A stretch of DNA of 43,857 nt from Syntrophaceae bacterium CG2_30_58_14 (GTDB taxonomy: Bacteria > Desulfobacterota > Syntrophia > Syntrophales > UBA5619), in contig MNZQ01000045.1 in NCBI GenBank assembly GCA_001873745.1, positions 1 through 43,857 on the forward strand, read 5' to 3'. A model generated the notes under the pieces. That model saw only the letters and a program-made list of their open reading frames with translations. It did no database searches and was not told the DNA's origin. Both the position numbers and the translations under genes were made by a program. This document shows, piece by piece, positions 1-9,950 of this stretch; the first letter of the stretch is position 1; each line of letters begins with the position of its first letter.

Positions 1-2
1 CG

Positions 3-2417
3 TCGCCGCCGGTCGAAATCAAAGGCCCTTATGATTCTGAAATTCCAGTAGAATACCTCAATCGCCTTCGCCGTATCCCTGCCGCCGCCGATGAGGCCGC
101 TCCGCTGACCCTGCTTGCCGTTGCCGACCACTTTGCCGTACGGGGAGAAGTGGACAAGGCCCTCCATTTTCTGGACCAGGCCGCCAATGGGTTCGTCCTC
201 GGAAAGAACCGGAGCGGCGAGGCAACGGCATGGAGTCGAAAGGTTATTCTGCTGTTCCATTTTAACCGGGAGAATGAGGCGCTCGGCCTGATCCGGGAGG
301 CCGGGGAAAAATGGAAGGCGCCGCCGCTGACCGCCTTCCCCGCATATCTGGAGGGCCACCGCGCCCTGCTGCAGGGGGATTTCCACCGCGCCCTATCGCT
401 CTTGAACCGGGCGCTCCAGGACAACGCCGCGTTCCCGGATGATCCTTACCTCCGGATTCTGCGGCGGGATACGGAACTCGACGCGGGGATCGCCGGAATT
501 CTCTCCGACCGCCTTCCCCAATTGCTTGCGATCTACGGTGTGAACGGCGCACCGGCGACCCGGAAGGAAGCCGCAGCCGGCGAAACCCATCTCCGCAATG
601 TCCTTGCGCTGAATCAGCAGCTCCGGCAAACGAAGTTGGAACGGCTTCTTCCCGCAGCCGATTTCGGGAAATCAGAGGCCGATGCGCACAACTTTCTGGG
701 CCTGGATGCCTGGATGAAGGGGAGTCGGGAGGAGGCGCTCCGGCATCTTGTCGCTGCGGGGGAATGGTCGCGGCGGGCAGGATTCCCGGCGGCAGAGCTC
801 CGCGGCCTGCTCTTCCAGGGCGAACTCGGTCTCCAATGGGAAGAGGGAATCGAGGGGCGGCAGGCGGCCGAGCTGCTACTGGAGAGGGCGGACCGTTACC
901 GGGCCTCTCGCTATCGGGTCTGGGCAAGACTCATCATGGCCCGCTACGAGGCGAGGACGGGACGGAACCGGGAAGCGATCGGGTTACTCCAGGAGGCGGC
1001 CGCCATCATCGAGGCTGAGCGGTCCGGTCTGAAGGCGGAGATGCTCGACGAGATCTGCCGCCGCCAACGCCGGGCGGTCTATGAATCCCTCGTTGAGCTT
1101 CTAACCGGGGAAGGGATGGTCTCGGAGGCGCTGACGGCGGCGGAGAAGGCTAAATCGCTCATGACGGTGGATCTTCTAAGCGGGCAGGAGCTCGGAAGAA
1201 ATCCCGCCGAAAGGGAGCGGATCAGAGAGGAGGTCGCACTCGGTGAGGCGATCCGGGGTCTGCAGCGAACCATCCTGCAGCTCTCCGATGAGGCGACGGC
1301 GGATAATCTTCGGGAACGGCTGAAACATGCCGAGGCAGCCTACCGTGATTGGCTCGACCGGATCGGCGGGGAGGATGAGAATCTCCTCTCCCTGATCGCC
1401 GTGCGCGGGGCAGATCCGGTTGCCCTTCAGCGCCTTCTCGATGAGAACACCACCCTTTTTGACTATTTCGCAACGGCGGGCAGCCTGTATGTCTGGGCCA
1501 TTCACCGGGGGATGATTCATCAGGAGAGGATTGACCTGTCCCGCGAGGAGCTGCGCACCCTCGTCTTTTCCTTTCTCGCGGCCATCCGCGACCGAAATAA
1601 AAGAAAAACGGAAAGCATTTCCCGCAAGGCCTACGATCTGCTGCTCAAACCGGTCATTCCTTTTGTCTCCGGAGAGAGGATCGGTTTTATCCCTGACGAT
1701 GCGCTCGTCTATCTTCCTTTTGCGGCGCTGAACTATCGGGGAAAGTTCCTCGCCGAAGGCTTTTCCATATTCCAGCTTCCCGCGGCCGACCTGTTCCATA
1801 GCGCCATGGGGGGAAAGGGCGCTCGGGGTTTGCGCATCCTGGCGTTCGGGAACCCCGATCTTGAAGACGAGGCGCTGGATCTCCATTATGCCCCGCGGGA
1901 GTTGGAGCAGATCCGGAAGCGGATCGGCGGCGCGACCGTTCTCCTCGGTCCGGATGCGTCGGAGGCGAACGCGGAGGAGATGCCGGCGGGTTACGACATC
2001 CTCCATTTTGCCGTCCGGGGGCAGTTTTTTCCGGAAGAGATCCTGAATTCGGGCCTGCTGCTGACACCGGGCGCAGGCCAGGATGGCCGGCTGACCATCC
2101 GTGAAATCTTCGGCCTCCGGTTTCAGGGAAGGGGCGTTGTTCTGAGCGGCTGTGATCCGCTGCCGGAGCAGGATCCGGAGGGAAAGGGATTGCTCGCCAT
2201 GCAGCGGGCGTTTTTGAACACGGGAAGCCCCGCGGTGATTTCCACGCTGTGGCTTAGAGACGACAAGGCGGCAGCCCATTTTATGGAACTGTTCTACCGG
2301 CAATTAGACCGAAAGGTGTCCTTTGCCGATGCGCTCCGGGCGGCGCAGATCCATCTGCTCCGCGAGGGGCAGCCGCCGTATGTCTGGGCGGCGTTTGTGC
2401 TGACCGGGGGATACTGA
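3..2417 (+). CDS. TPR-CHAT (caspase-HetF associated with TPRs) domain protein, 5'-partial
   Basis: Frame of ORF 150..2417 is open back to position 3, so the start lies outside the window. Helical TPR-like N-terminal part, AEKAKS linker, C-terminal CHAT motifs (IPDDALVYLPFAAL, ILHFAVRG, LSGC, STLW, ALRAAQ, PYVWAAFVLTG). Confidence 0.88.
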   Translation, partial: SPPVEIKGPYDSEIPVEYLNRLRRIPAAADEAAPLTLLAVADHFAVRGEVDKALHFLDQAANGFVLGKNRSGEATAWSRKVILLFHFNRENEALGLIREAGEKWKAPPLTAFPAYLEGHRALLQGDFHRALSLLNRALQDNAAFPDDPYLRILRRDTELDAGIAGILSDRLPQLLAIYGVNGAPATRKEAAAGETHLRNVLALNQQLRQTKLERLLPAADFGKSEADAHNFLGLDAWMKGSREEALRHLVAAGEWSRRAGFPAAELRGLLFQGELGLQWEEGIEGRQAAELLLERADRYRASRYRVWARLIMARYEARTGRNREAIGLLQEAAAIIEAERSGLKAEMLDEICRRQRRAVYESLVELLTGEGMVSEALTAAEKAKSLMTVDLLSGQELGRNPAERERIREEVALGEAIRGLQRTILQLSDEATADNLRERLKHAEAAYRDWLDRIGGEDENLLSLIAVRGADPVALQRLLDENTTLFDYFATAGSLYVWAIHRGMIHQERIDLSREELRTLVFSFLAAIRDRNKRKTESISRKAYDLLLKPVIPFVSGERIGFIPDDALVYLPFAALNYRGKFLAEGFSIFQLPAADLFHSAMGGKGARGLRILAFGNPDLEDEALDLHYAPRELEQIRKRIGGATVLLGPDASEANAEEMPAGYDILHFAVRGQFFPEEILNSGLLLTPGAGQDGRLTIREIFGLRFQGRGVVLSGCDPLPEQDPEGKGLLAMQRAFLNTGSPAVISTLWLRDDKAAAHFMELFYRQLDRKVSFADALRAAQIHLLREGQPPYVWAAFVLTGGY

Positions 2418-2463
2418 TGACGGCTTCGGATCTTGAATCTCGGCTGGTTGAGAAAGGAAAATC

Positions 2464-3522
2464 ATGGATAGCGACAATGTACTGGTTACAGGGGGCTGCG
2501 GTTTCATCGGGAGCAACTTCATCCGCCATCTGCTGGCAGGGGCCGGGTTCCACGGCCGGATCGTCAATGTGGACAGCCTGACCTATGCGGGGAATCCGGA
2601 GAATCTCCACGGGATCGCGGAGGCCTATCCGGGGCGGTACGTCTTCGAAAAAGCGGATATCTGCGATCCCTCCGCACTGCAGGGCATCTTTGCCCAATAT
2701 CGGATCGATACCGTCTGCCATTTTGCCGCCGAGTCCCATGTGGACCGCTCAATCAGGCGGCCGGACAGCTTCATCCGGACCAACATCATGGGAACGTTCA
2801 ATCTTCTCGAGGCAGCCCGGGCCGCCGGCGGTTTCCGGCTTTTTCATCACATCAGCACCGATGAGGTCTATGGCAGTCTGGGCTCGGAGGGGTATTTCAC
2901 CGAGGAGACGCCCTACCGTCCGAACAGCCCCTACTCCGCCTCCAAGGCCTCTTCCGATCATCTCGTCCGCGCTTACCATGAAACCTACGGCCTGCCGACG
3001 ACGATCTCCAACTGCTCGAACAACTACGGCCCCTATCAGTTTCCCGAAAAACTGATCCCGCTGATCGTCCTCAACGCCCTGGAGGAAAAGCCCCTCCCCG
3101 TTTACGGGGACGGACGAAATATACGGGACTGGCTCTACGTTACGGACCACTGCGAGGCGATCCGGACGATCATGGAAAAGGGACGGCGCGGGGAGACCTA
3201 CAACATCGGCGGCCATGCGGAGATGGAAAACATTGCCATCGTGGAGATGATCTGCGATCTCGTGGATGAGCTGGCGCCGGCGGCGGGCGCCAGGCGGCGT
3301 CTGATCACCTATGTTGCGGACCGGCCCGGCCACGACCGCCGTTACGCGATCGATTTTTCGAAGTTGCACGACGAGCTGGGCTGGTCTCCCGCGGAATCGT
3401 TCGCCTCCGGACTCCGGAAGACCGTCCGCTGGTATCTCGAAAACAGGGCCTGGAGCGACCGGATCCGCAGCGGCGCGTATCAATCCTGGATCCGGGAACA
3501 ATATGGAGAACAGCCGGACTGA
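2464..3522 (+). CDS. rfbB: dTDP-glucose 4,6-dehydratase
   Basis: [11 protein letters not shown] motif, [48 protein letters not shown]; AAAGGA RBS upstream. Confidence 0.97.
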   Translation: MDSDNVLVTGGCGFIGSNFIRHLLAGAGFHGRIVNVDSLTYAGNPENLHGIAEAYPGRYVFEKADICDPSALQGIFAQYRIDTVCHFAAESHVDRSIRRPDSFIRTNIMGTFNLLEAARAAGGFRLFHHISTDEVYGSLGSEGYFTEETPYRPNSPYSASKASSDHLVRAYHETYGLPTTISNCSNNYGPYQFPEKLIPLIVLNALEEKPLPVYGDGRNIRDWLYVTDHCEAIRTIMEKGRRGETYNIGGHAEMENIAIVEMICDLVDELAPAAGARRRLITYVADRPGHDRRYAIDFSKLHDELGWSPAESFASGLRKTVRWYLENRAWSDRIRSGAYQSWIREQYGEQPD

Positions 3523-3613
3523 TCTTCAGGAAAAGGGTTTTGCGTCAATCCTTGAATGTGGGATTCATATTGGGGGTGATGGCAGATTGGGCGGCAGATG
3601 ACCCATATTGTGT

Positions 3614-3642
3614 TTGACAATAGCAGGCATTCACATTAAATG
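3614..3642 (+). promoter_or_regulatory. Possible sigma70-type promoter for the methyltransferase gene
   Basis: TTGACA at 3614-3619, 17 bp, then an imperfect -10 (TAAATG). Confidence 0.3.
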
Positions 3643-3706
3643 CATCCCGCAGATCACACGTAACCGATGTTCTCATGATTGCAGGACACCGTTGAAGGAG
3701 GCGCCG

Positions 3707-4528
3707 TTGGTTGAAGAACCTTATTTTTACCTGATGGAACATGAAGGCGAAAAGGATCGCCTTGAAAAGAAAACGGATCCTTTGGCTTTGCGCAAACAGG
3801 CCGAGTGGTGCGGCATCAAGCCCGGTCAGCATCTCCTGGATTTGGGCTGTGGCCCGGGCAAAACGACCGCGATCCTCTACGACCTGATTCAGCCGGGCGG
3901 ATCGATCCTGGGGCTGGATGCATCCCCGGAACGGATTGCCTATGCAAAGAAGTGCTATGGGGGCAAAGCGGGGATGGAATTCGCCGTCCATGATATCCGG
4001 AGGCCTTTGAACGGTTTTGGTAAATTCGATGCCATATGGGTAAGATTCGTCCTGGAATATTACCGCCGGGAAAGCCGGGAGATCATACAGAATGCTGCGG
4101 ATAACCTCCATCGGGGCGGCTTTCTGTATCTGCTGGATCTGGACTACAATTGTCTCAGTCACCATGAACTGCCGCTGCCCCTGGCGAAGATTGTTCCCGA
4201 AATCATTCATCGTTTGGAAGACCTCTATAATTTCGATGCGTATGCCGGCCGTAAACTTTACGCCCATCTTTTTGATCTGGGCTTTGAGAACATCGAGATC
4301 AATGTCACGGCCCATCACGTGATTTATGGGGAGATTCGAGATGTTGACAGTTACAACTGGACGAAGAAAATCGAAGTGATCGCCCCACGTTTGGCGGATC
4401 TTTTCGAGACATATCCCGGCGGATACCAGGGGTTTTTCATGGATTTCCGCAAATTTTTTCATGATCCCCGTCGGTTTACATACACCCCCTTAATCATGGG
4501 TAAAGGAATGCGACCTTACGCCGATTGA
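3707..4528 (+). CDS. Class I SAM-dependent methyltransferase
   Basis: LLDLGCGPG motif I, LGLDAS motif II, FDAIWVRFVLEY. Start placed at TTG 3707 behind AAGGAGG (3695-3701); ATG 3734 is an alternative. Confidence 0.9.
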   Translation: MVEEPYFYLMEHEGEKDRLEKKTDPLALRKQAEWCGIKPGQHLLDLGCGPGKTTAILYDLIQPGGSILGLDASPERIAYAKKCYGGKAGMEFAVHDIRRPLNGFGKFDAIWVRFVLEYYRRESREIIQNAADNLHRGGFLYLLDLDYNCLSHHELPLPLAKIVPEIIHRLEDLYNFDAYAGRKLYAHLFDLGFENIEINVTAHHVIYGEIRDVDSYNWTKKIEVIAPRLADLFETYPGGYQGFFMDFRKFFHDPRRFTYTPLIMGKGMRPYAD

Positions 4529-7374
4529 CCTGCATCATCCAGAATTTCCCTGATTTTATTGCTCATGTCCTCAATATAATATGGTTTCTGAATGAAGGCC
4601 CTGGCCCCGGCGTTGATGATGTCCTTTGTTTTTACATAGGTCGTGTTCCCGCTTGCGATCATCACCTTCATCGCGGGAAAGATCTTCCGTATTTCCACAA
4701 GGCATTTTTCCCCCCCCATTCCGGGCATCATCAGATCCATAATGACGATGCCGATGCGCCCCCCCTCCCGTTTGATCGTGACCAGCGCGTTTTCCCCGGA
4801 CGATGCAGTCAAAACGTTATAACCGAGATACGACAGGAGCTCCTGGCCGGTTTCGAGAAGAGACGGTTCGTCATCGACCAACAAAATGGTTTCATGGCCC
4901 TTTGATAAATCGGGCTTTTTGCCCATTTCCATCCTTTTTTCAATCCTCATGATATCCAAAGCAGGCAGATATAACTCAAATGTCGTTCCCTTGCCCGGTT
5001 CACTGGCGCAAAAGATGTAACCGTTGTGATTTTTGATGACGCCATAAACAACGGACAGTCCGATACCGGTACCTTTGCCTGCCTCTTTGGTCGTAAAAAA
5101 AGGTTCAAAGATTTGATCCAGGTTTTCTTTTTCGATACCGCATCCCGTATCGGAAATCCTGAACAGAACATGATGACCCGCGTTCATCTTTACATGATCC
5201 CGTTCAAGAGAGGTGGCGAGTTCGATATTTTTTGTCTCGATGCTCAGTTCACCGCCGTTGGGCATGGCGTCTTTTGCGTTCACCGCCAGGTTCATGATGA
5301 CCTGTCCCAACTGGGTCGTATCCCCGTGGATGGGACGGAGATTGTCCGCCAGATTCAACCTTATGGCAATCGTTTTGGGGAAGGTGCTGACCAGGAGTTC
5401 ATGATAATTCTTGATCTCTTTGTTCATATCGATGGGGACCAGTTTGCTTTCGGCTTTTCTGCTGAAAATGAGCAGTTGTTTGATCAAGCCCGTGGCCCTT
5501 TTTGTTAAGTCATTGATATTCATAAGATACTTCCAATCAGGATCGTCCTCCGTCTTTTTTATAGTCAGCAGTTGATTGTAAGCGCTGATGGCCTGTAAAA
5601 TATTGTTAAAATCATGAGAAATACCGCCGGTAAGCCTGCCTATCGCGTTCATCTTGGAGGCCTCGCGAAGTTGATATTCCAATTTCCGTTGTTCCGTGAC
5701 ATCTTTCAAAGTGCCGACAACGCCCGTCATTTCTCCGGAAGCATTGAGATTGGGGGCGCCGCTCATGTCGAACAATCGCACCGTGCCGTCCTTGGACAGG
5801 AGTTTCCCTTCGAAATTTTTTATGGTTTCTTTACCTTGCTTGATTCTGTCAAACCCTTCTGAAATCGTTCCCACATCATCCGTCTTGATAAATTCGGTAA
5901 AATGTTTACCAATTACATCTTCTTGTGCATATCCCATAATTTCATCCGCTGCCGGATTGACATAGGTCAGGAACCCGCTGTTATCTACCGTGTAGATAAT
6001 GTCCGGCGAGTTTTCGCTGAGGGCGCGGAAGCGTTCCTCGCTTTCCATGATCTGGCGGAGAGATTTGGCGTTGTTGATGCTGATGGCGATCTGAGGGGCA
6101 ATCCCCATTAACAGACTTACCTCGCTTTGGTTGTGCGGTCTGTGGGATCGATAATTATCCACCGCCAGGATGCCTTCCGATTTTCCCTCGTAGATGATGG
6201 GGACGCAGATAAATGAACTTACACCCAACGTTTCGATCAAGTTCGCGCTCCGCGAGGAAATAACTTTTTGCACATCCTCGATGTCGTTGACCTGGATTGG
6301 CTCCTGCCGTTTGAAGGCGATCACGAAGGGGCCCTTGGATTTGGGGTTGTCCAGGTGGAACTGCGTCTCTTTTAAAATCATTTCAAGCTCGGGGCTGTAT
6401 CCGTAGCCTGTTACATAGACAAGTCTCGTTTTGTCCGGGTTGGCGAGCATGATCATGCCCCGGTCAAAATCGAGCCTCTTTTGCAGCGTCTCCATCACAA
6501 ACTTCAGCAGATGGTCGATATCCAGGATGCTGGATACAGCCTGACCGATCTCTTGCACCAAAAGGGCGTTGTTGTAGCCGAGGGTGATCTGGTCGAGAAG
6601 ACGATTGGCGGTATCGCCCTGCTGTTGGATTTTTGCATAAATATCGTTTTTTTCGACAGATTGAGCGTAATAGGAGATTCCAAAGATAATGCCCGCCAGC
6701 ACGGATCCCAATCCCGCGAGTTGTAACGGGGAGAGTATAAAACCGCAGACCACCAGCGATAAAACGGCGGGGACGGCCAAATAATTCCGAATCCGTTGCC
6801 ATTTCAAAAATATCGGTTCTTCCCAACTGATGATGTATTGGCAATGACTTCCGCCTTCGTGAATACAGACCGGATGTTCCAAAGTGGGGAATTTGTTTGT
6901 GAAGAGTTTGGCCACGGCCTCGAAGCTGCCCTTGCGATTCTCGCATTGATAGGGCTTGTCGCTGACGCCGTCGACGGGTTTGATGATGATTTCAACCTTG
7001 TTCCGGCTGATCTTTTTTGCCTGGGAGGTCACTCCGCGGTCCAGGTAGGACATGATCTTCCCCAGCATGGTGTAGGCATGGACTGGTGTAATAAAACCCA
7101 TGAGGAACTGACGGAGCGCGCTCAAAGAACGGGAAGATGCCATGTAGCGCCCGGCCTCCCGGAAGATCGAAGGGTCATCCGTTTGCCTCAGCACGGCATC
7201 GTGAAAGTCGTCCACCTGCCGCTGCGTCAACCAGTGCCCTTCGTCCTCCACCTCATAAGACCTGATGCCGGAATCCATCAGCAGGGCTTCGATATCGATA
7301 TCGGGCCGGGCATTTCGGAAATACTCCAAAAAAGTGTTGATGATCCTGCTGTTGTATAGACGAGGTTCTTGCAT
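4516..7374 (-). CDS. Hybrid sensor histidine kinase/response regulator (V4R/H-NOX-like sensor, 2 TM, GAF, PAS, HisKA, HATPase, REC)
   Basis: H-box GGISHDFNNIL, N-box NLAVNAKDA, DTGCG, FEPFFTTK, GTGIGL; receiver LLVDDE...MDLMMPGMGG...KP; GAF (ICVPIIYEGKSEGILAVDN); PAS (ENSPDIIY, YVNPAA); N-terminal C...E-x3-C-x7-C pattern followed by a hydrophobic hairpin. Confidence 0.93.
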   Translation of the reverse strand: MQEPRLYNSRIINTFLEYFRNARPDIDIEALLMDSGIRSYEVEDEGHWLTQRQVDDFHDAVLRQTDDPSIFREAGRYMASSRSLSALRQFLMGFITPVHAYTMLGKIMSYLDRGVTSQAKKISRNKVEIIIKPVDGVSDKPYQCENRKGSFEAVAKLFTNKFPTLEHPVCIHEGGSHCQYIISWEEPIFLKWQRIRNYLAVPAVLSLVVCGFILSPLQLAGLGSVLAGIIFGISYYAQSVEKNDIYAKIQQQGDTANRLLDQITLGYNNALLVQEIGQAVSSILDIDHLLKFVMETLQKRLDFDRGMIMLANPDKTRLVYVTGYGYSPELEMILKETQFHLDNPKSKGPFVIAFKRQEPIQVNDIEDVQKVISSRSANLIETLGVSSFICVPIIYEGKSEGILAVDNYRSHRPHNQSEVSLLMGIAPQIAISINNAKSLRQIMESEERFRALSENSPDIIYTVDNSGFLTYVNPAADEIMGYAQEDVIGKHFTEFIKTDDVGTISEGFDRIKQGKETIKNFEGKLLSKDGTVRLFDMSGAPNLNASGEMTGVVGTLKDVTEQRKLEYQLREASKMNAIGRLTGGISHDFNNILQAISAYNQLLTIKKTEDDPDWKYLMNINDLTKRATGLIKQLLIFSRKAESKLVPIDMNKEIKNYHELLVSTFPKTIAIRLNLADNLRPIHGDTTQLGQVIMNLAVNAKDAMPNGGELSIETKNIELATSLERDHVKMNAGHHVLFRISDTGCGIEKENLDQIFEPFFTTKEAGKGTGIGLSVVYGVIKNHNGYIFCASEPGKGTTFELYLPALDIMRIEKRMEMGKKPDLSKGHETILLVDDEPSLLETGQELLSYLGYNVLTASSGENALVTIKREGGRIGIVIMDLMMPGMGGEKCLVEIRKIFPAMKVMIASGNTTYVKTKDIINAGARAFIQKPYYIEDMSNKIREILDDAGQSA

Positions 7375-9396
7375 CTATCCACCATAATCAAATTTTATTC
7401 GTAACTTCCGTCTAAGATATTCGACGTATGCATTTGCATATTGCATATCCGTAATCCACAGAAGATACTGTTTTTTCTCATAATCTATACCTGTTTTCCG
7501 GGCATAGTCTTCGGGAGAGATCAGCAACGAGAAGGACTCCGTGGAACGGTTGCCGATCAATTCAGCGATTGCGCTGAAAAGGATATCCGGGCGAAGTTCG
7601 GGGTCCGCGACAAACACCTTGAAGCCGTTCAGCAGGTTTGACAGGTTGATTCCAGCATCGGATTGTTCGGCGATGATGAAGGCTTTCGGCTGATCGAGAT
7701 AGGTCAGTGCAAAGGTCTGCCATCTGCGGACAAAGCCGCACCCGGCAAACGCCTCTTCGATCGACGGCCTGTTCCGCCGATTCTTTCCCGTGAGAATGGA
7801 CCAAAAGAGGCCGCCGGAATGGTTTTTGTAAAACTGTTCAAATTCCCATAAGTCTGAAGAAGAACATTCTCTTAATGACCAGCGAAGCGGGAGTTTATCG
7901 GCGGTTTCGCGGGTCGGATATGTGAGGCAGGTGAACAGATCGAGGGAACAGTGCTGCGGATTGTTATGGTCTTCGGCGAATCCCCCAAAAAAGCGCGCCG
8001 GGAACTCATTTTCCGGACGATAATAGGCAATTACATAGTCCAGATTTGCAGAAGGGAAGCGATATAAATCAACCAGGGAATAGATCAATTGTTTCAGAAC
8101 GGCCAGACCAATAGATTTTCCGCCAGTCGGCCGGGCGGCGTGGTGGTGAACCATCCATGTCCGTTCATAGGCCCGCAGCATCGAGATGTGGCCATAGATC
8201 CGTCCGTTGATCTGATAGGTAAAATGGTGGGCGATCTCCGGCGCTTCTTCGTAGAGCCTCCGATAGGTGTCGCGGAAATGATCCTTGAATGAGCGGATAA
8301 CTTTATATTTGGGGGGATAGATAAAATCCGTGTCGAAAAAAAATTCCCAGAGGGCATCCAAATTGACCTCGTTTGACATGCCCGTATCGGCACTGTGCAG
8401 GTTGTTCAGGAGTCGGTTTAAATGTTTATAGTTGGTTAAATCCATGTCCAGGATCACGAGACCGAAACGGATCTGATCGTCTCCCCCTTTGCGATAGATA
8501 ACCTGGGCCTTGCAATGAATCTTGAGAACCCCGGCATAGGTGATCGTCATGTCGGGGATGATCATCCCCGGAATCAGCACGACCTCCTCGGATTTGTCGC
8601 TGATGGAGAATCCGGCGGTGGAGATATCGAAGATTTCGCGTTGTATCTGCCTTTTGGTAAAAGGATGTTCAAAAACGGCATGGAGAGGGGAAGAGCTCTG
8701 CCTGCGGGGATTGCGTAGAGCCTTGGCCTTGAATCGCTGTATCTGATCATCTGTGGGGGTTAGAATGATCTCGCGGCTGCGGCCGTCTTGTTTCTGATAC
8801 ATGCAGTTGCAATGACCCGAATAAAAAACCTCTTTGCCGTCCGACAGGTGGAGGGCGGCCGGCGCATCGAGATTAAACCATTGAAACGAAGAGGGCGAGT
8901 CGGCTTGAACGCGGATGTGAAAGGCATGGGGACCGAAATCCATTAATACTCCCTCCGCCTGGAAGCCGTTCTGCCATAGTTCGGCTTTGACGCCTTGGCA
9001 GGGGAAGCGTGGGGCTTGTCGTTGGCTGATCACAAAACTTTGCTCCGGCAGTCGCATGGTCATTCCGTCGCTGTTCGTAACAAACATTCGGGTGGGGACG
9101 AGGATAATGGATTGCTCATGGGGGAGCACCAGATATTGGAAATCGTATTGCTCCAGTTTGTAAACGGAATAGGCCCGATCCCAGTGACAGATGAATTCAT
9201 CGCCCAAACAGGGTTCAGGATGGGCTTTGACCAAAATCCCTTCTTCATACCGAGGATGCTTGAGGAGCACATAGAGATGATCCCCCTTGAAATGTAGATA
9301 GTTGAGCGTGTTTGTCAGTTTCTTTTTGTCGATATGAGCTGCGGACGCGATTGTTCCGATCAGGTCGTTGTGGCGGAACAACCAGGGCGGCAGCAA
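7375..9396 (-). CDS. Tandem PilZ-domain protein with C-terminal GNAT/acyltransferase-like region
   Basis: RQAPR (RxxxR) plus degenerate DFGPHA; second repeat RNPR plus DISTAG (DxSxxG); C-terminal half has a GNAT-like strand pattern (IYGHISMLRAYERTWMVHHHAA...YVIAYYRPEN). Start uncertain (TTG 9396; frame open to 9489). Stop abuts the kinase ATG. Confidence 0.78.
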   Translation of the reverse strand: MLPPWLFRHNDLIGTIASAAHIDKKKLTNTLNYLHFKGDHLYVLLKHPRYEEGILVKAHPEPCLGDEFICHWDRAYSVYKLEQYDFQYLVLPHEQSIILVPTRMFVTNSDGMTMRLPEQSFVISQRQAPRFPCQGVKAELWQNGFQAEGVLMDFGPHAFHIRVQADSPSSFQWFNLDAPAALHLSDGKEVFYSGHCNCMYQKQDGRSREIILTPTDDQIQRFKAKALRNPRRQSSSPLHAVFEHPFTKRQIQREIFDISTAGFSISDKSEEVVLIPGMIIPDMTITYAGVLKIHCKAQVIYRKGGDDQIRFGLVILDMDLTNYKHLNRLLNNLHSADTGMSNEVNLDALWEFFFDTDFIYPPKYKVIRSFKDHFRDTYRRLYEEAPEIAHHFTYQINGRIYGHISMLRAYERTWMVHHHAARPTGGKSIGLAVLKQLIYSLVDLYRFPSANLDYVIAYYRPENEFPARFFGGFAEDHNNPQHCSLDLFTCLTYPTRETADKLPLRWSLRECSSSDLWEFEQFYKNHSGGLFWSILTGKNRRNRPSIEEAFAGCGFVRRWQTFALTYLDQPKAFIIAEQSDAGINLSNLLNGFKVFVADPELRPDILFSAIAELIGNRSTESFSLLISPEDYARKTGIDYEKKQYLLWITDMQYANAYVEYLRRKLRIKFDYGG

Positions 9397-9790
9397 TGTT
9401 TCCGCATTCGGCTGAATTTCGAGGAATCTAATTTTGTCGATAACGCCTCTGGTCTTCTCGGGATTATGAATTATAAGTCCTATATATCTTTAGAGATAGT
9501 GTCTGCTTGTATGGAAAGTGATCATACATGCTGTCACAATCCTTTGCAAGAAAAAAATGTTATAAATTTTGATTTGGATGTCGGCCCGGGGCGGAAAACA
9601 TTCTCCGGCTGCATATCTACCTGATCGCTCATACATCGCGAAACATGGCTTGCGAAATCCCCGGCCGACAATCATATTCAGCTTGAGGGTGGAATCAATA
9701 TTTGATAGAAGCAGGATGGTCGGCGGTGGGGTGATACGGCGCCCGGGTCGTCGTGCTCTTTTTCCTTCCCTATCCGCAGATGCGAAGTCA

Positions 9791-9911
9791 TTACTCCGGC
9801 AACCATAAATGCCAATACTGTCATTCCCGCGAAAGTGGGAATCCAGAACAGGACTGGATGCCGGATCAAGTCCGGCATGACAACCATTGACAGGTTTACT
9901 TGCCGGAGTAA
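9791..9911. mobile_element. MITE-like element 1 containing a pair of inverted GTCAT-type palindromes
   Basis: Perfect 12-bp terminal inverted repeat TTACTCCGGCAA (9791-9802)/TTGCCGGAGTAA (9900-9911), which can be read as a TA duplication plus CTCCGGCAA ends; internal TGTCATTCCCGCGAAAGTGGGAATCCA (9819-9845) and inverted TGTCATGCCGGACTTGATCCGGCATCCA (9855-9882). Confidence 0.75.
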
Positions 9912-9950
9912 CAATTTCCGGGGGACCGATTCGAAGATGAGGAGGCGGCG

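Noticed and set aside
9490-9675. 61-aa ORF in frame with and upstream of the PilZ gene, suggesting read-through
   Set aside because: Separated by TAA, AT-rich promoter-like sequence, no recognisable protein features; the PilZ start remains uncertain.
9712-9772. Imperfect hairpin with T run, possible sRNA or terminator
   Set aside because: Many mismatches and no recognisable family motif.
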